64,000 nt of DNA from Acidimicrobiaceae bacterium. GTDB taxonomy: Bacteria > Actinomycetota > Acidimicrobiia > Acidimicrobiales > Aldehydirespiratoraceae. The translations under genes were made by a program, and so were the position numbers. Location: positions 61 to 64,060 of the forward strand of contig JABIQM010000036.1 of assembly GCA_018699415.1 (NCBI GenBank), given 5' to 3'. Of the stretch, positions 50,794 to 60,910 are shown in pieces. Under the pieces are notes generated by a model. That model saw only the letters and a list, made by a program, of their open reading frames with translations, searched no databases and was not told where the DNA came from. Each line of letters begins with the position of its first letter. The first letter of the stretch is position 1.

Positions 50794-51305
50794 CCGACCA
50801 TTCCTCCGACTCGTTTCATGGATGCAGACGTGCGTCGCGACGGTACACGGGCAAGATGACACAGGGCGACGGCAACTGCATCCGCGGCATCAGCCGGCGA
50901 CAGCCGCTTCGGAAGCCCCAGCAGCGTCTGGACCATGGCGCCAACCTCGTCCTTGCCAGCTCCGCCCCAGCCCGCAACCGCGTGCTTGATCTCGTTGGGC
51001 GAGTATTCGACCACATCGCAGCCGACGCTGGCGGCTTCGGCCATCGCCAGACCGCTGGCCATGCCGACACCCATGGCCGTAGACACATTGGTCTGGAAGA
51101 GCACTCGCTCCACCGCGACAACATCTGGTTTCAGCTCGGCGATCAGATCGCGGAGCTCTCGTTGGAGCTCCGCCAGACGAATCGGGCGGTCAAGTTTGGG
51201 GTCGGTCCGGATAACACCCGCAGCGACGGCACGAGGCTTGCGTCCGTGCTCCAAACAGCCGTAGCCGCACCGGGAAAGCCCGGGGTCGATACCTAAGACG
51301 AACAC
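50790..51305 (-). CDS. ruvC: Holliday junction resolvase RuvC
   Basis: LGIDPGL, AVERV, YSPNEIK..V.G.G.A.K, DAADAVAVALCH. Confidence 0.96.
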   Translation of the reverse strand: MFVLGIDPGLSRCGYGCLEHGRKPRAVAAGVIRTDPKLDRPIRLAELQRELRDLIAELKPDVVAVERVLFQTNVSTAMGVGMASGLAMAEAASVGCDVVEYSPNEIKHAVAGWGGAGKDEVGAMVQTLLGLPKRLSPADAADAVAVALCHLARVPSRRTSASMKRVGGMVG

Positions 51306-51312
51306 ATGTACG
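51299..51312. promoter_or_regulatory. Putative LexA (SOS) box over the ruvC start
   Basis: CGAAC-ACAT-GTACG is one mismatch from the actinobacterial CGAAC-N4-GTTCG. It is adjacent to the -10 TAGAGT (51318-51313, minus strand). Confidence 0.65.
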
Positions 51313-51360
51313 ACTCTAGTCCGACATCAAGATCGGGTGGTGCCAGCCGATGTATGAGGT

Positions 51361-52338
51361 GTGAACACTGTCGCTCATACCCCTGCTGTGGCTCTTCAAG
51401 GAGTCCACAAGTCTTTCAATGACACTCCAGCGCTGACCGATCTCGAGGTGGTCGCTCCCAATGGGAAGATCACCGTACTACTCGGTCCCAACGGCGCTGG
51501 GAAGACAACCGCCATTCGGTGCATTACCGGAGCCATGTCGGCCGACAGTGGCAGTGTTCGCACTCTTGGGCTCGATCCCGAACGTGATGGCGAGGAAGTT
51601 CGAAGCCAGTGCGGTGTCGTGTCGGCCAGGCCAGCCCTCTACGACCGCCTGACTGGATGGGACAACCTGATTTACGCTGCGGAGCTACATAGTGTCGAAC
51701 GACGAATCATGAAGGATCGCATCCGTGTATCTGCCGAACGGTTCGGAATCGAACAGTCCCTCGACGTCCAGGTCGGCGGCTACTCCACCGGTATGAAGAC
51801 TCGGCTGGCCTTGGCCCGCTCTGTTCTCCACGAGCCTCAACTCCTACTCTTTGACGAACCGACCTCGGGACTCGATCCCGAATCGGCGCAAGCAGTGCTC
51901 AAACTTATTCGTGAGATGACGGCCGACGGCCACACCATCGTCATGTGTACCCATCATCTCGTCGAAGCCGAAGGATTGGCTGACCATGTGATCATGCTCG
52001 ACGGCGGCACCGACCTTGTATCCGGCCAGCCCGGTGATCTCACCCGTACCTTCTGGCCGGAAGATTCGGTTGACATCTCGATCGATGATGACCCGTCAAT
52101 ACTCGGGGATCTCAGCATCATTGCCGGCGTCCGTAGCGCAGAACCAATGAACCGAGGCGTTCGCGTCATCCTTGATGATCCATCGGTCACTCCCGATGTT
52201 GTCTCGGCAATCGTGCACGCCGGTGCTCGCGTCACACGAGTCGTACCCCACGAGCCAACGCTTGAGGATCTCTACTTCGCCGTGCGGCGTGATGCCCACG
52301 ACCTCGGTGAGTCCATGCCTAAGGAGATGGCACGGTGA
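51361..52338 (+). CDS. ABC-2/DrrA-like exporter ATP-binding protein
   Basis: GPNGAGKTT, YSTGMK signature, LLFDEPTSGLDP, H-loop, C-terminal PTLEDLY. Confidence 0.9.
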   Translation: MNTVAHTPAVALQGVHKSFNDTPALTDLEVVAPNGKITVLLGPNGAGKTTAIRCITGAMSADSGSVRTLGLDPERDGEEVRSQCGVVSARPALYDRLTGWDNLIYAAELHSVERRIMKDRIRVSAERFGIEQSLDVQVGGYSTGMKTRLALARSVLHEPQLLLFDEPTSGLDPESAQAVLKLIREMTADGHTIVMCTHHLVEAEGLADHVIMLDGGTDLVSGQPGDLTRTFWPEDSVDISIDDDPSILGDLSIIAGVRSAEPMNRGVRVILDDPSVTPDVVSAIVHAGARVTRVVPHEPTLEDLYFAVRRDAHDLGESMPKEMAR

Positions 52339-53159
52339 GTTGGCATCGCACGTTCACGGTCGCTCGAACCGACATTAGACAACTCGTTCTCGCCAAAGAC
52401 TTCTGGATGCCGATGAGCATCCTCGGCAGCATCTTCTTCGTGGTGGTGCCGCTTGTGCTCTTGTTTTCGATCGCGTCACTCGGTGATGTTGATGCCGTGC
52501 AAAACATCGCCGACACACTGGAGGTTCTTCCCGCCAAGGCCCAGGCCCAGATCAAGGGCGACACGCCCCAAGGCCGCACCTCGTACGCACTGGCCGTCTT
52601 CTTGTTTGCTCCCATGGCCGTCGTGGTGCCGCTGACGATCTCGACTGCGGTTGGCGCCGCCACCCTGGTCGGCGAACGTGAGCGTGGCACCGGAGAGTTT
52701 CTCGCTCACTCCCCTGCTGCCACCAAAGAGATCTACCTCGGCAAGCTCATGGCGTCGCTCGTTCCCGGCTACTTGACGACGATGGTCGGCTTCACGCTCT
52801 ACAGCCTGATCGTAAATCTCATCGTCGGCCCGGAGGTCGGCGGATGGTTCTTCCCGACGCAACAATGGTGGCTGTTGATGCTGTGGGTTCTTCCCGGTTT
52901 CCTCTTGATCGGACTGTCTCTCGTTCTTCGGCTCTCCGGTCGAGTGAAATCGACGGCTGCCGCCCAGCAAGCGTCCGGTCTGATTACGCTCCCGTTGATC
53001 GCAGTTAGCTACGCCCAAGCATCCGGAGCGATCTACGGCACGATCACAACCACAATCATGATCGGCGCCATCGCCTGGTTCATCGGTCTGGTATCGACCT
53101 CGCGAGGGATGTCAGGCATTCGGCGCCAACGGTTGCTTGGTGTCGCTGACGGCGTCTAA
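52335..53159 (+). CDS. ABC-2 type exporter permease
   Basis: Six TM segments and GERERGTGEFLAHSP...IYLGK. GTGA overlap with the ATPase gene. Confidence 0.88.
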   Translation: MSWHRTFTVARTDIRQLVLAKDFWMPMSILGSIFFVVVPLVLLFSIASLGDVDAVQNIADTLEVLPAKAQAQIKGDTPQGRTSYALAVFLFAPMAVVVPLTISTAVGAATLVGERERGTGEFLAHSPAATKEIYLGKLMASLVPGYLTTMVGFTLYSLIVNLIVGPEVGGWFFPTQQWWLLMLWVLPGFLLIGLSLVLRLSGRVKSTAAAQQASGLITLPLIAVSYAQASGAIYGTITTTIMIGAIAWFIGLVSTSRGMSGIRRQRLLGVADGV

Positions 53160-53169
53160 CTCAGCGTTC

Positions 53170-54132
53170 TCAACTCAGTCCGAATGCTCTACGGAGTGCT
53201 TCACGCGTGATGCGTGCGTCCTGCTTCGAGATCCTCGCGCCAGGCACCATCGCCGATCCATGAAAAGTTCCGGGGAACGAGTGCAGTTCAACGGATACTC
53301 CTGCCTGCATCAGTCGGACGGCGTAGTCGATCCCTTCATCACGCAACGGGTCGAATTCCATTGTCGTCACAAAGGTCGGCGGCAGTCCCGAGAGATCCTC
53401 ACAACGCGACGGCGCCGCGTAATATGGCACATCGTCGGAGCCATATAGATCACCGAGATAGTGCTTCCAACTCCACTCGGCGCTCAGGCGGTTCCAAATT
53501 GGCGTGTCCGTGAAGGTGCGCATGGACCATGTCTCGCGGCGGTCGTCAACCTCGGGGATCTGAAGAAGCTGGTAGCACAACGCTGGCCCACCCCGATCCC
53601 GAGCCATGAGAGCCGTGCCAGCAGCCAAACCGCCACCGGCTGATGGCCCCGCAATGGCGATTCGATCCGGGTCGACGCCGAGTTCGTCGACGTTGGCGGC
53701 GAGCCATTGGAGTGCGGCATAGCAATCGTGAACACCGGCCGGGTACGGATCTTCGGGCGCCAACCGGTAGTCGACAGAGACCACCACAATGCCCAGCGAC
53801 TCGACCCAGTTTCCAAGCATGGCGTCCGATTGGTCGACAGTGCCGGTCATGAATCCGCCGCCGTGAATGAAGACGATGCCCGGCACCGGACTCGCCAACA
53901 AGGCCGATGGCCGGTAGACCCGCACCCCAATGTCGGGATCACCGTCAAGTCCAGGAACGATCCGATCCTCGCTCGGAATCGGATCTCCCTTCGGCGCACC
54001 GGACAACACGGAAAGGCGGCTACCGGTCCGCGACCGCTTGATCGCTTCTGGATCCGACCAGTCCACAGACTCAATGGCAGCAATGATCGCAAGGACGTCA
54101 TCGAATTCAGGGTCGAAGGCGTACAAACTCAT
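53170..54132 (-). CDS. Alpha/beta hydrolase, HSL (family IV) esterase
   Basis: IHGGGF, SVDYRLAPEDPYPA, GPSAGG nucleophile, FDPLRDEG, FHG. ATG 54132 chosen as start. Confidence 0.92.
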   Translation of the reverse strand: MSLYAFDPEFDDVLAIIAAIESVDWSDPEAIKRSRTGSRLSVLSGAPKGDPIPSEDRIVPGLDGDPDIGVRVYRPSALLASPVPGIVFIHGGGFMTGTVDQSDAMLGNWVESLGIVVVSVDYRLAPEDPYPAGVHDCYAALQWLAANVDELGVDPDRIAIAGPSAGGGLAAGTALMARDRGGPALCYQLLQIPEVDDRRETWSMRTFTDTPIWNRLSAEWSWKHYLGDLYGSDDVPYYAAPSRCEDLSGLPPTFVTTMEFDPLRDEGIDYAVRLMQAGVSVELHSFPGTFHGSAMVPGARISKQDARITREALRRAFGLS

Positions 54133-54151
54133 AGCGGTGCACCCTAGTAAC

Positions 54152-54173
54152 CCTTGGGTGACTGCACCCAAGG
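54152..54173. repeat. Perfect 9-bp hairpin
   Basis: CCTTGGGTG-ACTG-CACCCAAGG lies between yebC and the esterase gene. Confidence 0.6.
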
Positions 54174-54179
54174 CCAACC

Positions 54180-54214
54180 AACGCACGTTTGGGGTCTGTC
54201 CCCATACGTGCGTT
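54180..54214 (-). repeat. REP-like palindromic repeat, copy B
   Basis: The minus strand reads AACGCACGTATGGGGACAGACCCCAAACGTGCGTT, a near-perfect stem-loop at the yebC stop. Confidence 0.7.
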
Positions 54215-54965
54215 ACTCGGCGGCGATGGCGTCCATGATCTCGTCGGAAACGTCCATGTTGCCGTGGACGTCTTGAACGTCGTCGAGGTCGTCAAGTAGG
54301 TCCATGAGCTTCATGAGCTGTTTGACCTGACCGGCATCGGTGATTTCAACGGTCGACGTCGGCAGCATCGCCACATCGGCCGACTGGACGGTGATACCGC
54401 CCTCATCGATAGCCTCGCGGACCGTCGGCAAATCGCTGGGATCAGTGGTGACTCTCCACATTTCACCCTCATTGACGATGTCTTCGGCGCCCGCCTCGAG
54501 CGCAACCATCATCAACTCGTCCTCGTCGACCGTGGTGGGCACGAGCACTATGCCCTTGCGTTCGAACTGCCACGCAACCGCTCCAGGTTCGGCGAGAGAT
54601 CCGCCGTTCTTGCCGAGGGTTGACCTCACGTCCCCCGATGAGCGATTGCGGTTGTCAGTCAGACATTCGATCAACAACGCGACACCACCCGGCGCGTAGC
54701 CCTCATAGGTAATCGTTTCGTAATTGACGCCCTCGAGCTCTCCAGTACCGCGCTTTACCGCGTTTTTGATCGTGTCGAGCGGTACCGAATTGTCGCGGGC
54801 CTTCTGGAACATGGTGCGAAGCGTCGGGTTGGAATCGGGATCACCGCCGCCGGTACGCGCCGCCACTTCGACCTGCTTGATCAGTTTTGCGAACAATTTG
54901 CCGCGCTTGGCGTCGGCCGCACCCTTCTTGTGCTTGATCGTCGCCCACTTGGAATGACCGCTCAC
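54213..54965 (-). CDS. yebC: YebC/PmpR family protein
   Basis: [37 protein letters not shown] 54965 overlaps the pdxT stop. Confidence 0.95.
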   Translation of the reverse strand: MSGHSKWATIKHKKGAADAKRGKLFAKLIKQVEVAARTGGGDPDSNPTLRTMFQKARDNSVPLDTIKNAVKRGTGELEGVNYETITYEGYAPGGVALLIECLTDNRNRSSGDVRSTLGKNGGSLAEPGAVAWQFERKGIVLVPTTVDEDELMMVALEAGAEDIVNEGEMWRVTTDPSDLPTVREAIDEGGITVQSADVAMLPTSTVEITDAGQVKQLMKLMDLLDDLDDVQDVHGNMDVSDEIMDAIAAE

Positions 54966-55540
54966 GAGATCTCCTTCAACCACATGCTGTGGAGCCGATC
55001 ATCGTCAGCCAGCTCCGGATGAAACGAGGCGACGGTGACGTTCGCCTGTCGGCACAGTACGGCGTCATCGTCCACCGAGGCGAGTACTGATACAGACTCG
55101 CCCAACCGCTCAACGATCGGTGCGCGAATAAACACACCGTGAAACGGCGCATCGAGGCCCGTGATCTCGAGATCGCTCTCGAACGATTCGGTTTGACGGC
55201 CGTAGCCATTTCGTCGCGTCGTGATATCGATCGCACCAAGCACCCGCTGATCCGGGCGGCCGTCCATGACCTCCGATGAGAGCAGGATCATGCCGGCGCA
55301 TGTGCCAAACACTGGCAAGCCTTCGGCGATACGTGCGCTGAGCGGTTCGAGCATGCCCGAACGTTCGAGCAGCATCGACATCGTCGTAGATTCACCGCCC
55401 GGCATCACGAGCGAGTCGACAAGATCAAGCTGATCGTCCTTGCGGATTTCGGTCGTGGAAACGCCGAGCCGTTCAAGAATTGCTGCGTGTGCCGCGAATG
55501 CGCCCTGAAGGGCGAGGACGCCGACAATTGGGGCTACCAA
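54962..55540 (-). CDS. pdxT: PLP synthase glutaminase subunit
   Basis: [35 protein letters not shown]. Confidence 0.96.
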   Translation of the reverse strand: MVAPIVGVLALQGAFAAHAAILERLGVSTTEIRKDDQLDLVDSLVMPGGESTTMSMLLERSGMLEPLSARIAEGLPVFGTCAGMILLSSEVMDGRPDQRVLGAIDITTRRNGYGRQTESFESDLEITGLDAPFHGVFIRAPIVERLGESVSVLASVDDDAVLCRQANVTVASFHPELADDDRLHSMWLKEIS

Positions 55541-56427
55541 CCTCGTTCGGCCAGCTTCGTTTCGAGCGTGGCGATCTCAAGACCCTTCATGGCGCTACCG
55601 AGACCGGTGGACACCTTCACGAGAATGTCGGGGTCGTTGTAGTGGGTGGCCGCTTCGACGATAGCTGTGGCCATCTTGGCAGGCTCGTCGCTCTTGAAGA
55701 TGCCAGAGCCGACGAAGACAGACTGGGCACCGAGCTGCATTGCAAGTGACGCATCGGCTGGCGTCGACAGACCACCGGCACAGAACATCGGTACTGGTAG
55801 CTCACCGGTCTCAGCAATTTCCTGCACGAGCGGCAGCGGGGCTTGCAACTGCTTGGCCCAGTCGAACAGCTCAGCAGAATCAGCCTTGGTGATCTTGCCG
55901 ATGTCACCCATGATGGAGCGAAGGTGGCGCACGGCCTCAACAACATTGCCGGTTCCGGCCTCACCCTTGGAACGGATCATGCATGCGCCTTCGCTGATGC
56001 GACGAAGCGCTTCGCCGAGGTTGGTGGCGCCGCATACGAACGGGACGGTGAATGCCCACTTGTCGATGTGGTGCGCTTCATCAGCCGGCGTAAGAACCTC
56101 AGATTCGTCGATGTAGTCGACGTCGAGCGCCTGAAGAATCTGCGCCTCAGCGAAGTGGCCGATACGAGCTTTAGCCATGACCGGAATCGACACCGTCTGT
56201 TGGATGCCGATGATCATCTCCGGGTCAGACATGCGTGAAACGCCGCCGTCCCTGCGGATATCGGAAGGCACACGCTCAAGCGCCATGACGGCAACTGCGC
56301 CAGCATCCTCCGCGATCTTCGCTTGTTCAGGATTGACGACGTCCATGATGACGCCGCCCTTCAACATTTCGGCAAGGCCACGCTTGACGAGCGGGCTGCC
56401 AGTGGCGCGTTCAGTCGACTCACTCAT
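55534..56427 (-). CDS. pdxS: PLP synthase subunit
   Basis: [42 protein letters not shown]. Confidence 0.97.
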   Translation of the reverse strand: MSESTERATGSPLVKRGLAEMLKGGVIMDVVNPEQAKIAEDAGAVAVMALERVPSDIRRDGGVSRMSDPEMIIGIQQTVSIPVMAKARIGHFAEAQILQALDVDYIDESEVLTPADEAHHIDKWAFTVPFVCGATNLGEALRRISEGACMIRSKGEAGTGNVVEAVRHLRSIMGDIGKITKADSAELFDWAKQLQAPLPLVQEIAETGELPVPMFCAGGLSTPADASLAMQLGAQSVFVGSGIFKSDEPAKMATAIVEAATHYNDPDILVKVSTGLGSAMKGLEIATLETKLAERGW

Positions 56428-56437
56428 ATACCTCAGC

Positions 56438-57553
56438 TTAGCCGGGGTTACCGAGTACCAGTCCCTGAGTTTCGTCGTCGACGGCGAACTCGTAGCTGTC
56501 CGCTAGGGCAAGGATGAGCCAGGTCTTGCCCGGCTCCAACTCGATTACTGAACCATCATCACCGGTCAATGTATACAAATCGGTAACAGCATCTCGGTGC
56601 CAGATGCCGGCAACCCGCTGGCCGCCAATCAGGACATGGACAAAACCCTTGCCGAGGGTCACCGCATCAACGCTCTGAGCATCAATCAGGCTCGGCTGAT
56701 ACTCGGTCTCCATCACAATGAGGTTGGTCACAACGATGTCGTGTCCATCACGCGTGGAGTGCACCGCATCGTCCTGCACCCGGACGTACCCCCGAGAGGG
56801 GTCGAAAACGAAGCTCACAACATCGCGACCAACGACGGTGACGCCTACCTCAGCTACGCCACCGGAACGATCCCGTGACCCATCGCTACGAAACTGGAAC
56901 GGCCCGACGGCGGCACCGGCTTGGGCTGCGAAATCTTCACGAATCAACTGGGGATACGCAAACAGATCGGCGGGATTTCGATAGTCCGCATCACGAAACT
57001 GGTAGATCCCAGAGTCGTCGTTGGCCACGAGCACGATGTCGCCTCGGCTCGCCGACTCTCGCAACTGACCAAGAACGCCAATATTGGCACCGGAGAACGC
57101 AAAGATCGGCGTTCCGAGGTTGGCCAGAATATTGATATCGGTCGTTCGGCCAGACCGGATCGGGCCGACGACCTCCGGGACGTCCGAGTGGAAGACGGCG
57201 GCGAATCGTGTGGCGCGGTCCTCGATGCGTTCTTCGATCACGAGATCGGCGCGGTCGATTCCGATGAGAGATTCGAGACTGCGGTCATCGTTGTTGCCGA
57301 TCTTCACTACGACAGCTGGCTGGTCCAGCAGGTGTTCGTCAGAGGGAAGGCCGGTGAACGGCGCCTTCAACCCCACCTCGATCTCCGCAAGGACCGTCGT
57401 CGTGACGGTCGTCGTCGAACTCAACACTGTGGGCTGCGAGTAATCGCTGGCTCCGGATTCGGCGAGAGCATCATTTCCGCCGGCGCACGAGACCAGCGTC
57501 ACGGAGACCCCCACCATGGCGCTCATACGCCAAATCCAACCCGCCCGCATCAC
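56438..57553 (-). CDS. DUF3048 (YerB-like) lipoprotein
   Basis: Lipobox-like LVSC, Thr-rich linker, PFTGLP, VVKIGN, ADLVIEE..E..TRF.AVF, GPIRSGR, LEPGKTW. Start uncertain. Confidence 0.8.
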   Translation of the reverse strand: MMRAGWIWRMSAMVGVSVTLVSCAGGNDALAESGASDYSQPTVLSSTTTVTTTVLAEIEVGLKAPFTGLPSDEHLLDQPAVVVKIGNNDDRSLESLIGIDRADLVIEERIEDRATRFAAVFHSDVPEVVGPIRSGRTTDINILANLGTPIFAFSGANIGVLGQLRESASRGDIVLVANDDSGIYQFRDADYRNPADLFAYPQLIREDFAAQAGAAVGPFQFRSDGSRDRSGGVAEVGVTVVGRDVVSFVFDPSRGYVRVQDDAVHSTRDGHDIVVTNLIVMETEYQPSLIDAQSVDAVTLGKGFVHVLIGGQRVAGIWHRDAVTDLYTLTGDDGSVIELEPGKTWLILALADSYEFAVDDETQGLVLGNPG

Positions 57554-58260
57554 AGTTCTCGGAGCGTATCAATCCGTTCGACCAGGAGGGGCTGAACACC
57601 GGCCCGAGCGGGTCCGACCATCCAGAGATGACAGCTCATCGGATCATGATCAACGGCTACACCAGCGCGAGCCTTTTCGAGTGCTTTGGCCAACGCGGGC
57701 GGGTACCGAGTGAGCTGAACGCCATCGATATCGGCTCGAGCTAGACGACGACCGTCGAGCAATCGACCTTGAATGGTTGATCGCAACGGACCAACCGCCT
57801 TACTCACTGCGACCATCGCAGTGGCTGCGCGGATGCCGTTGCCAAGGAGCGATAGCTCACGACCAACGACAGCCTCAAGCTCAAGACGATCCAGCTTCTC
57901 GAGCGCACCTCTGGTGATCACCAGCCGAGCGTCGTCGGCATGGCCGACCACAGCCGCGTCGATCGCGTCGGTGTCAACGGTGTAGAGCTGTGGTTCGGTA
58001 ATACCGAAGCTCGCACAGATGCTCTCGACGAGACTTTCCACCCTTGGATGAAGCGCTTCCTCAAGCGGCTGAGCGCCAAGGGCGGAAAGGGCAAGCCCTG
58101 GAGCACGGGCCAACAGCGACCATCCGATTCCTGCAGCAACCACCAGTGCCACCGCCGCCGCGAGCGGGGGCGAGATGACAAAGACGAGAGCGAGCAGCAC
58201 AACGACAAAAGCGATCGCTGCGGGGATGGCAACAAGAACGCGGGAAGAGACAGTTGGCAT
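57550..58260 (-). CDS. HtpX/M48-like membrane protein lacking the HExxH motif
   Basis: Two TMs, LVESIC...[65 protein letters not shown]. Follows lemA. Confidence 0.75.
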   Translation of the reverse strand: MPTVSSRVLVAIPAAIAFVVVLLALVFVISPPLAAAVALVVAAGIGWSLLARAPGLALSALGAQPLEEALHPRVESLVESICASFGITEPQLYTVDTDAIDAAVVGHADDARLVITRGALEKLDRLELEAVVGRELSLLGNGIRAATAMVAVSKAVGPLRSTIQGRLLDGRRLARADIDGVQLTRYPPALAKALEKARAGVAVDHDPMSCHLWMVGPARAGVQPLLVERIDTLREL

Positions 58261-58279
58261 CAGTGGATTCCGAAGCTGC

Positions 58280-58831
58280 TCAGAACTCGACGCTGACGTT
58301 ACCGCGTGACTCATCGTCGGCCTCGAAGTACTCACGCTCGGCGAAACCGAGCATGCCGGCAATGACCACGGCGGGGAAGGTCTCGATAGCAGTGTTGTAC
58401 TTCGTGACCTGGTCGTTGTAGTGCTGACGGGCGTATGCGATACGGCCCTCCGTGGCGGTCAACTCTTCCTGCAGTTCAAGGAAGTTCTCATTGGCCTTCA
58501 ACTCCGGGTAGGCCTCGCTCACAGCAAACAACTGACGAAGAGCCCCGGTCAGCATGTTCTCGTTTGCGGCCTGCTCGGCGGGTCCAGATGCCGTCGTGGC
58601 AGCGTTGCGAGCAGCGATGACTGCTTCGAGGGTTTCGCGTTCATGCGATGCGTAACCCTTGACCGTTTCAACGAGGTTCGGTATGAGATCCCAGCGTCGC
58701 TTGAGTTGCACGTCGATCTGTGCCCATGCATTCTCAATGCGGTTCCGCAGCTTGACCAGCTTGTTGTAGAAGCTGATCACAAAGATAACCAGCAGTACCA
58801 TGAGCGCGAGAATGATCAATACGACAACCAT
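58280..58831 (-). CDS. lemA: LemA family protein
   Basis: YNKLV, AWAQIDVQLKRRWDLIPNLVETVKGY, EAYPELKANENF, RIAYARQHYN. Confidence 0.95.
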   Translation of the reverse strand: MVVVLIILALMVLLVIFVISFYNKLVKLRNRIENAWAQIDVQLKRRWDLIPNLVETVKGYASHERETLEAVIAARNAATTASGPAEQAANENMLTGALRQLFAVSEAYPELKANENFLELQEELTATEGRIAYARQHYNDQVTKYNTAIETFPAVVIAGMLGFAEREYFEADDESRGNVSVEF

Positions 58832-58898
58832 GTTGGCCTTCCATGCGACACCGGAGGCCGCAAACTTTCAATGTAGCGGCCCTACGGCCGCGTCACCG

Positions 58899-59990
58899 TC
58901 ACCCGGGCCGGACAGCGGACCGAGCCATCAACCGCTCGTAGCGTTCTAGGTACAGCGAAGCCAGGCGAGCCATAGAAAAATTGTCCGCTCGCTTGCGACC
59001 AGACTCGATCAATGCATCTCGACGACGGGGCTCCGTCAGCACCTTGCGAATGGCCTCCGCCAGCATCTTGGTGTCGCCGGGCGACACTAAGACTGCGTCG
59101 CTGCCGTGACGGGCGACATTGGCGTAGCCGGGGATGTCGCAGGCCACCACCGGAGTACCGGCGGCCATGGCCTCCAATAAGACAATTCCGAAGGACTCGC
59201 CGTGAAGCGATGGAGCGCAAAACACGTCTGCTCCTCGCAAGCGGGAAATCTTCTCAGTCTCACCGATTGTGCCCAACCACTCGACTCGGGCATCTCCAGC
59301 GAAGCGGGCCTTGAGCGCATCGGTCTCTGGGCCTTCGCCAGCCACCCACAGACGCGTATCCGCTGGGAGTTCCTGGAGCGCCACCAACAGGTCGGCCAAG
59401 CCCTTCCGAGGTTCATGGCGACCAAGGAACAGAATTGTGGGGCCCTGCGTCGGATGTGGCACACCGCTGCCGAAGCGAGCGATCTCGACGCCGTTGAAGG
59501 TCAGGTCGTACGAGCCTCCAACACCGGCGATCGCCATCTTGCGAGCGTCCTCGGACACAGCGCAACGATCATCGAGACGGTTGGCGAGAAAGCGCACCAC
59601 ATTCGGCATCATCTCATAGGCCAACGAACTGCCGGCTGCGTGGAACGTGCCGATCATCGGTGCCGGCCGAGTGAGTAGCGTTGTGGTGGTCGGGCCCGGT
59701 GCGAGCGGTTCGTGCAGGTGCACGACATCGAAGACCTCGTCCCGCATCGCTCGGATGACCCGCAACTGGGCCGCGGGGTCAGGCGCCACCGGTGCAACCG
59801 AACCATTGGCAGCGGTGGGCAGGCTGCTACCGAGCGGCGTTACGCCAGCATCCGGTGGTGGGCCATCGCATGGAGCCAGCACACGGACCCGTTCCCCTTG
59901 CTTTCGCAGGGATCGGGCGAGACCAAGGACCTGCATCTGCACGCCCCCGGGAACGGTGAGGCTGTACGGACACACGATTCCGATACGCAT
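58899..59990 (-). CDS. pimA: GT4 phosphatidylinositol mannosyltransferase, PimA-like
   Basis: MRIGIVCPYS...PGGVQ, NGSVA, HLHEP, GRHEPRKG, GESFGIVLLEAMAAG. Conserved pgsA-acyltransferase-pimA order. Confidence 0.85.
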   Translation of the reverse strand: MRIGIVCPYSLTVPGGVQMQVLGLARSLRKQGERVRVLAPCDGPPPDAGVTPLGSSLPTAANGSVAPVAPDPAAQLRVIRAMRDEVFDVVHLHEPLAPGPTTTTLLTRPAPMIGTFHAAGSSLAYEMMPNVVRFLANRLDDRCAVSEDARKMAIAGVGGSYDLTFNGVEIARFGSGVPHPTQGPTILFLGRHEPRKGLADLLVALQELPADTRLWVAGEGPETDALKARFAGDARVEWLGTIGETEKISRLRGADVFCAPSLHGESFGIVLLEAMAAGTPVVACDIPGYANVARHGSDAVLVSPGDTKMLAEAIRKVLTEPRRRDALIESGRKRADNFSMARLASLYLERYERLMARSAVRPG

Positions 59991-60907
59991 CAGGTCAGCT
60001 CCCGCAGGTGGTCTGGCAGATCGAGACCGAGCGCCTCGTAGTCACTCGGCCAGTTAGGGCTGAGGAGGTGCCACTGCTCTGGTGCCATTCGGATCAGTTG
60101 CTCGAACTCGTTGGCGATCATCTGGGTGACCCGTTGAACGTCGTCGCGCAACCGGCCCTCGCGCTCGACGACGAGCGGAGGACGAGCCAAACCATGGCGG
60201 GCGTGTTCACGCCAGAAGACTGCTGCAGGAATGAGAGGCACTCCCGTGCGAAGAGCAATCGTGGCGGGACCCCCGGGTAGCGTCGTTCGCTCGCCAAAGA
60301 AATCGACGGGCACCCCGGTGCCCTGCAAATCTCGGTCGCACAACAAGCACACGAGGTGACCACGCTTGAGCGCCGAGATGATCTGGCGACCAGCGTCAGG
60401 GCCAAGCGGATAAATCTCCATACCCAAGGACTCACGAAGTCCAACAAACCAATCAAATAGCTCAGGCGGGTCGAGCGGCTCGACGATAGCGGTGACTTTG
60501 ACATCGGCGACTCTGGCAAGCCAGAACGCGGCCCATTCCCAGGTCCCCAGGTGTGGGAGGGCGAGGATCGCTCCGTCCTTGCCTTCGCCACAGTGAGCGT
60601 GGATGGTGTCGACGCCCTCGTAGCTGAACTCGTGGTCGAGTTGTTCCACAGGGATCGACGGCAGCTTGAAGCTCTCTACGTAATAGCGGGCGTACCACTC
60701 GAACGTCTGATTCACCTTGCGACGCCGTTCGGCTGCTGACAACGGACGACCGAGTGCGCGTTCGATATTGCGAGCGACAATTTTTCCCTTGTCGCCTGAC
60801 ACGGGCCCAACCCCGGCCCCGATAAGGCGCGCTGCACCAGCGCCGACAGCATCGGGCGCCAATCGTGCAAGGCGCGACCCCGCCTTGTAGACGGAGGCAG
60901 AAGCCAC
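59990..60907 (-). CDS. Phosphatidylinositol mannoside acyltransferase (PatA-like)
   Basis: YARYYVESFKLP, LPHLGTWE (HX4D/E), CLLCDRD, FFGE...PGGPA, PEQWH. Confidence 0.85.
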   Translation of the reverse strand: MASASVYKAGSRLARLAPDAVGAGAARLIGAGVGPVSGDKGKIVARNIERALGRPLSAAERRRKVNQTFEWYARYYVESFKLPSIPVEQLDHEFSYEGVDTIHAHCGEGKDGAILALPHLGTWEWAAFWLARVADVKVTAIVEPLDPPELFDWFVGLRESLGMEIYPLGPDAGRQIISALKRGHLVCLLCDRDLQGTGVPVDFFGERTTLPGGPATIALRTGVPLIPAAVFWREHARHGLARPPLVVEREGRLRDDVQRVTQMIANEFEQLIRMAPEQWHLLSPNWPSDYEALGLDLPDHLRELT

Positions 60908-60910
60908 GGA

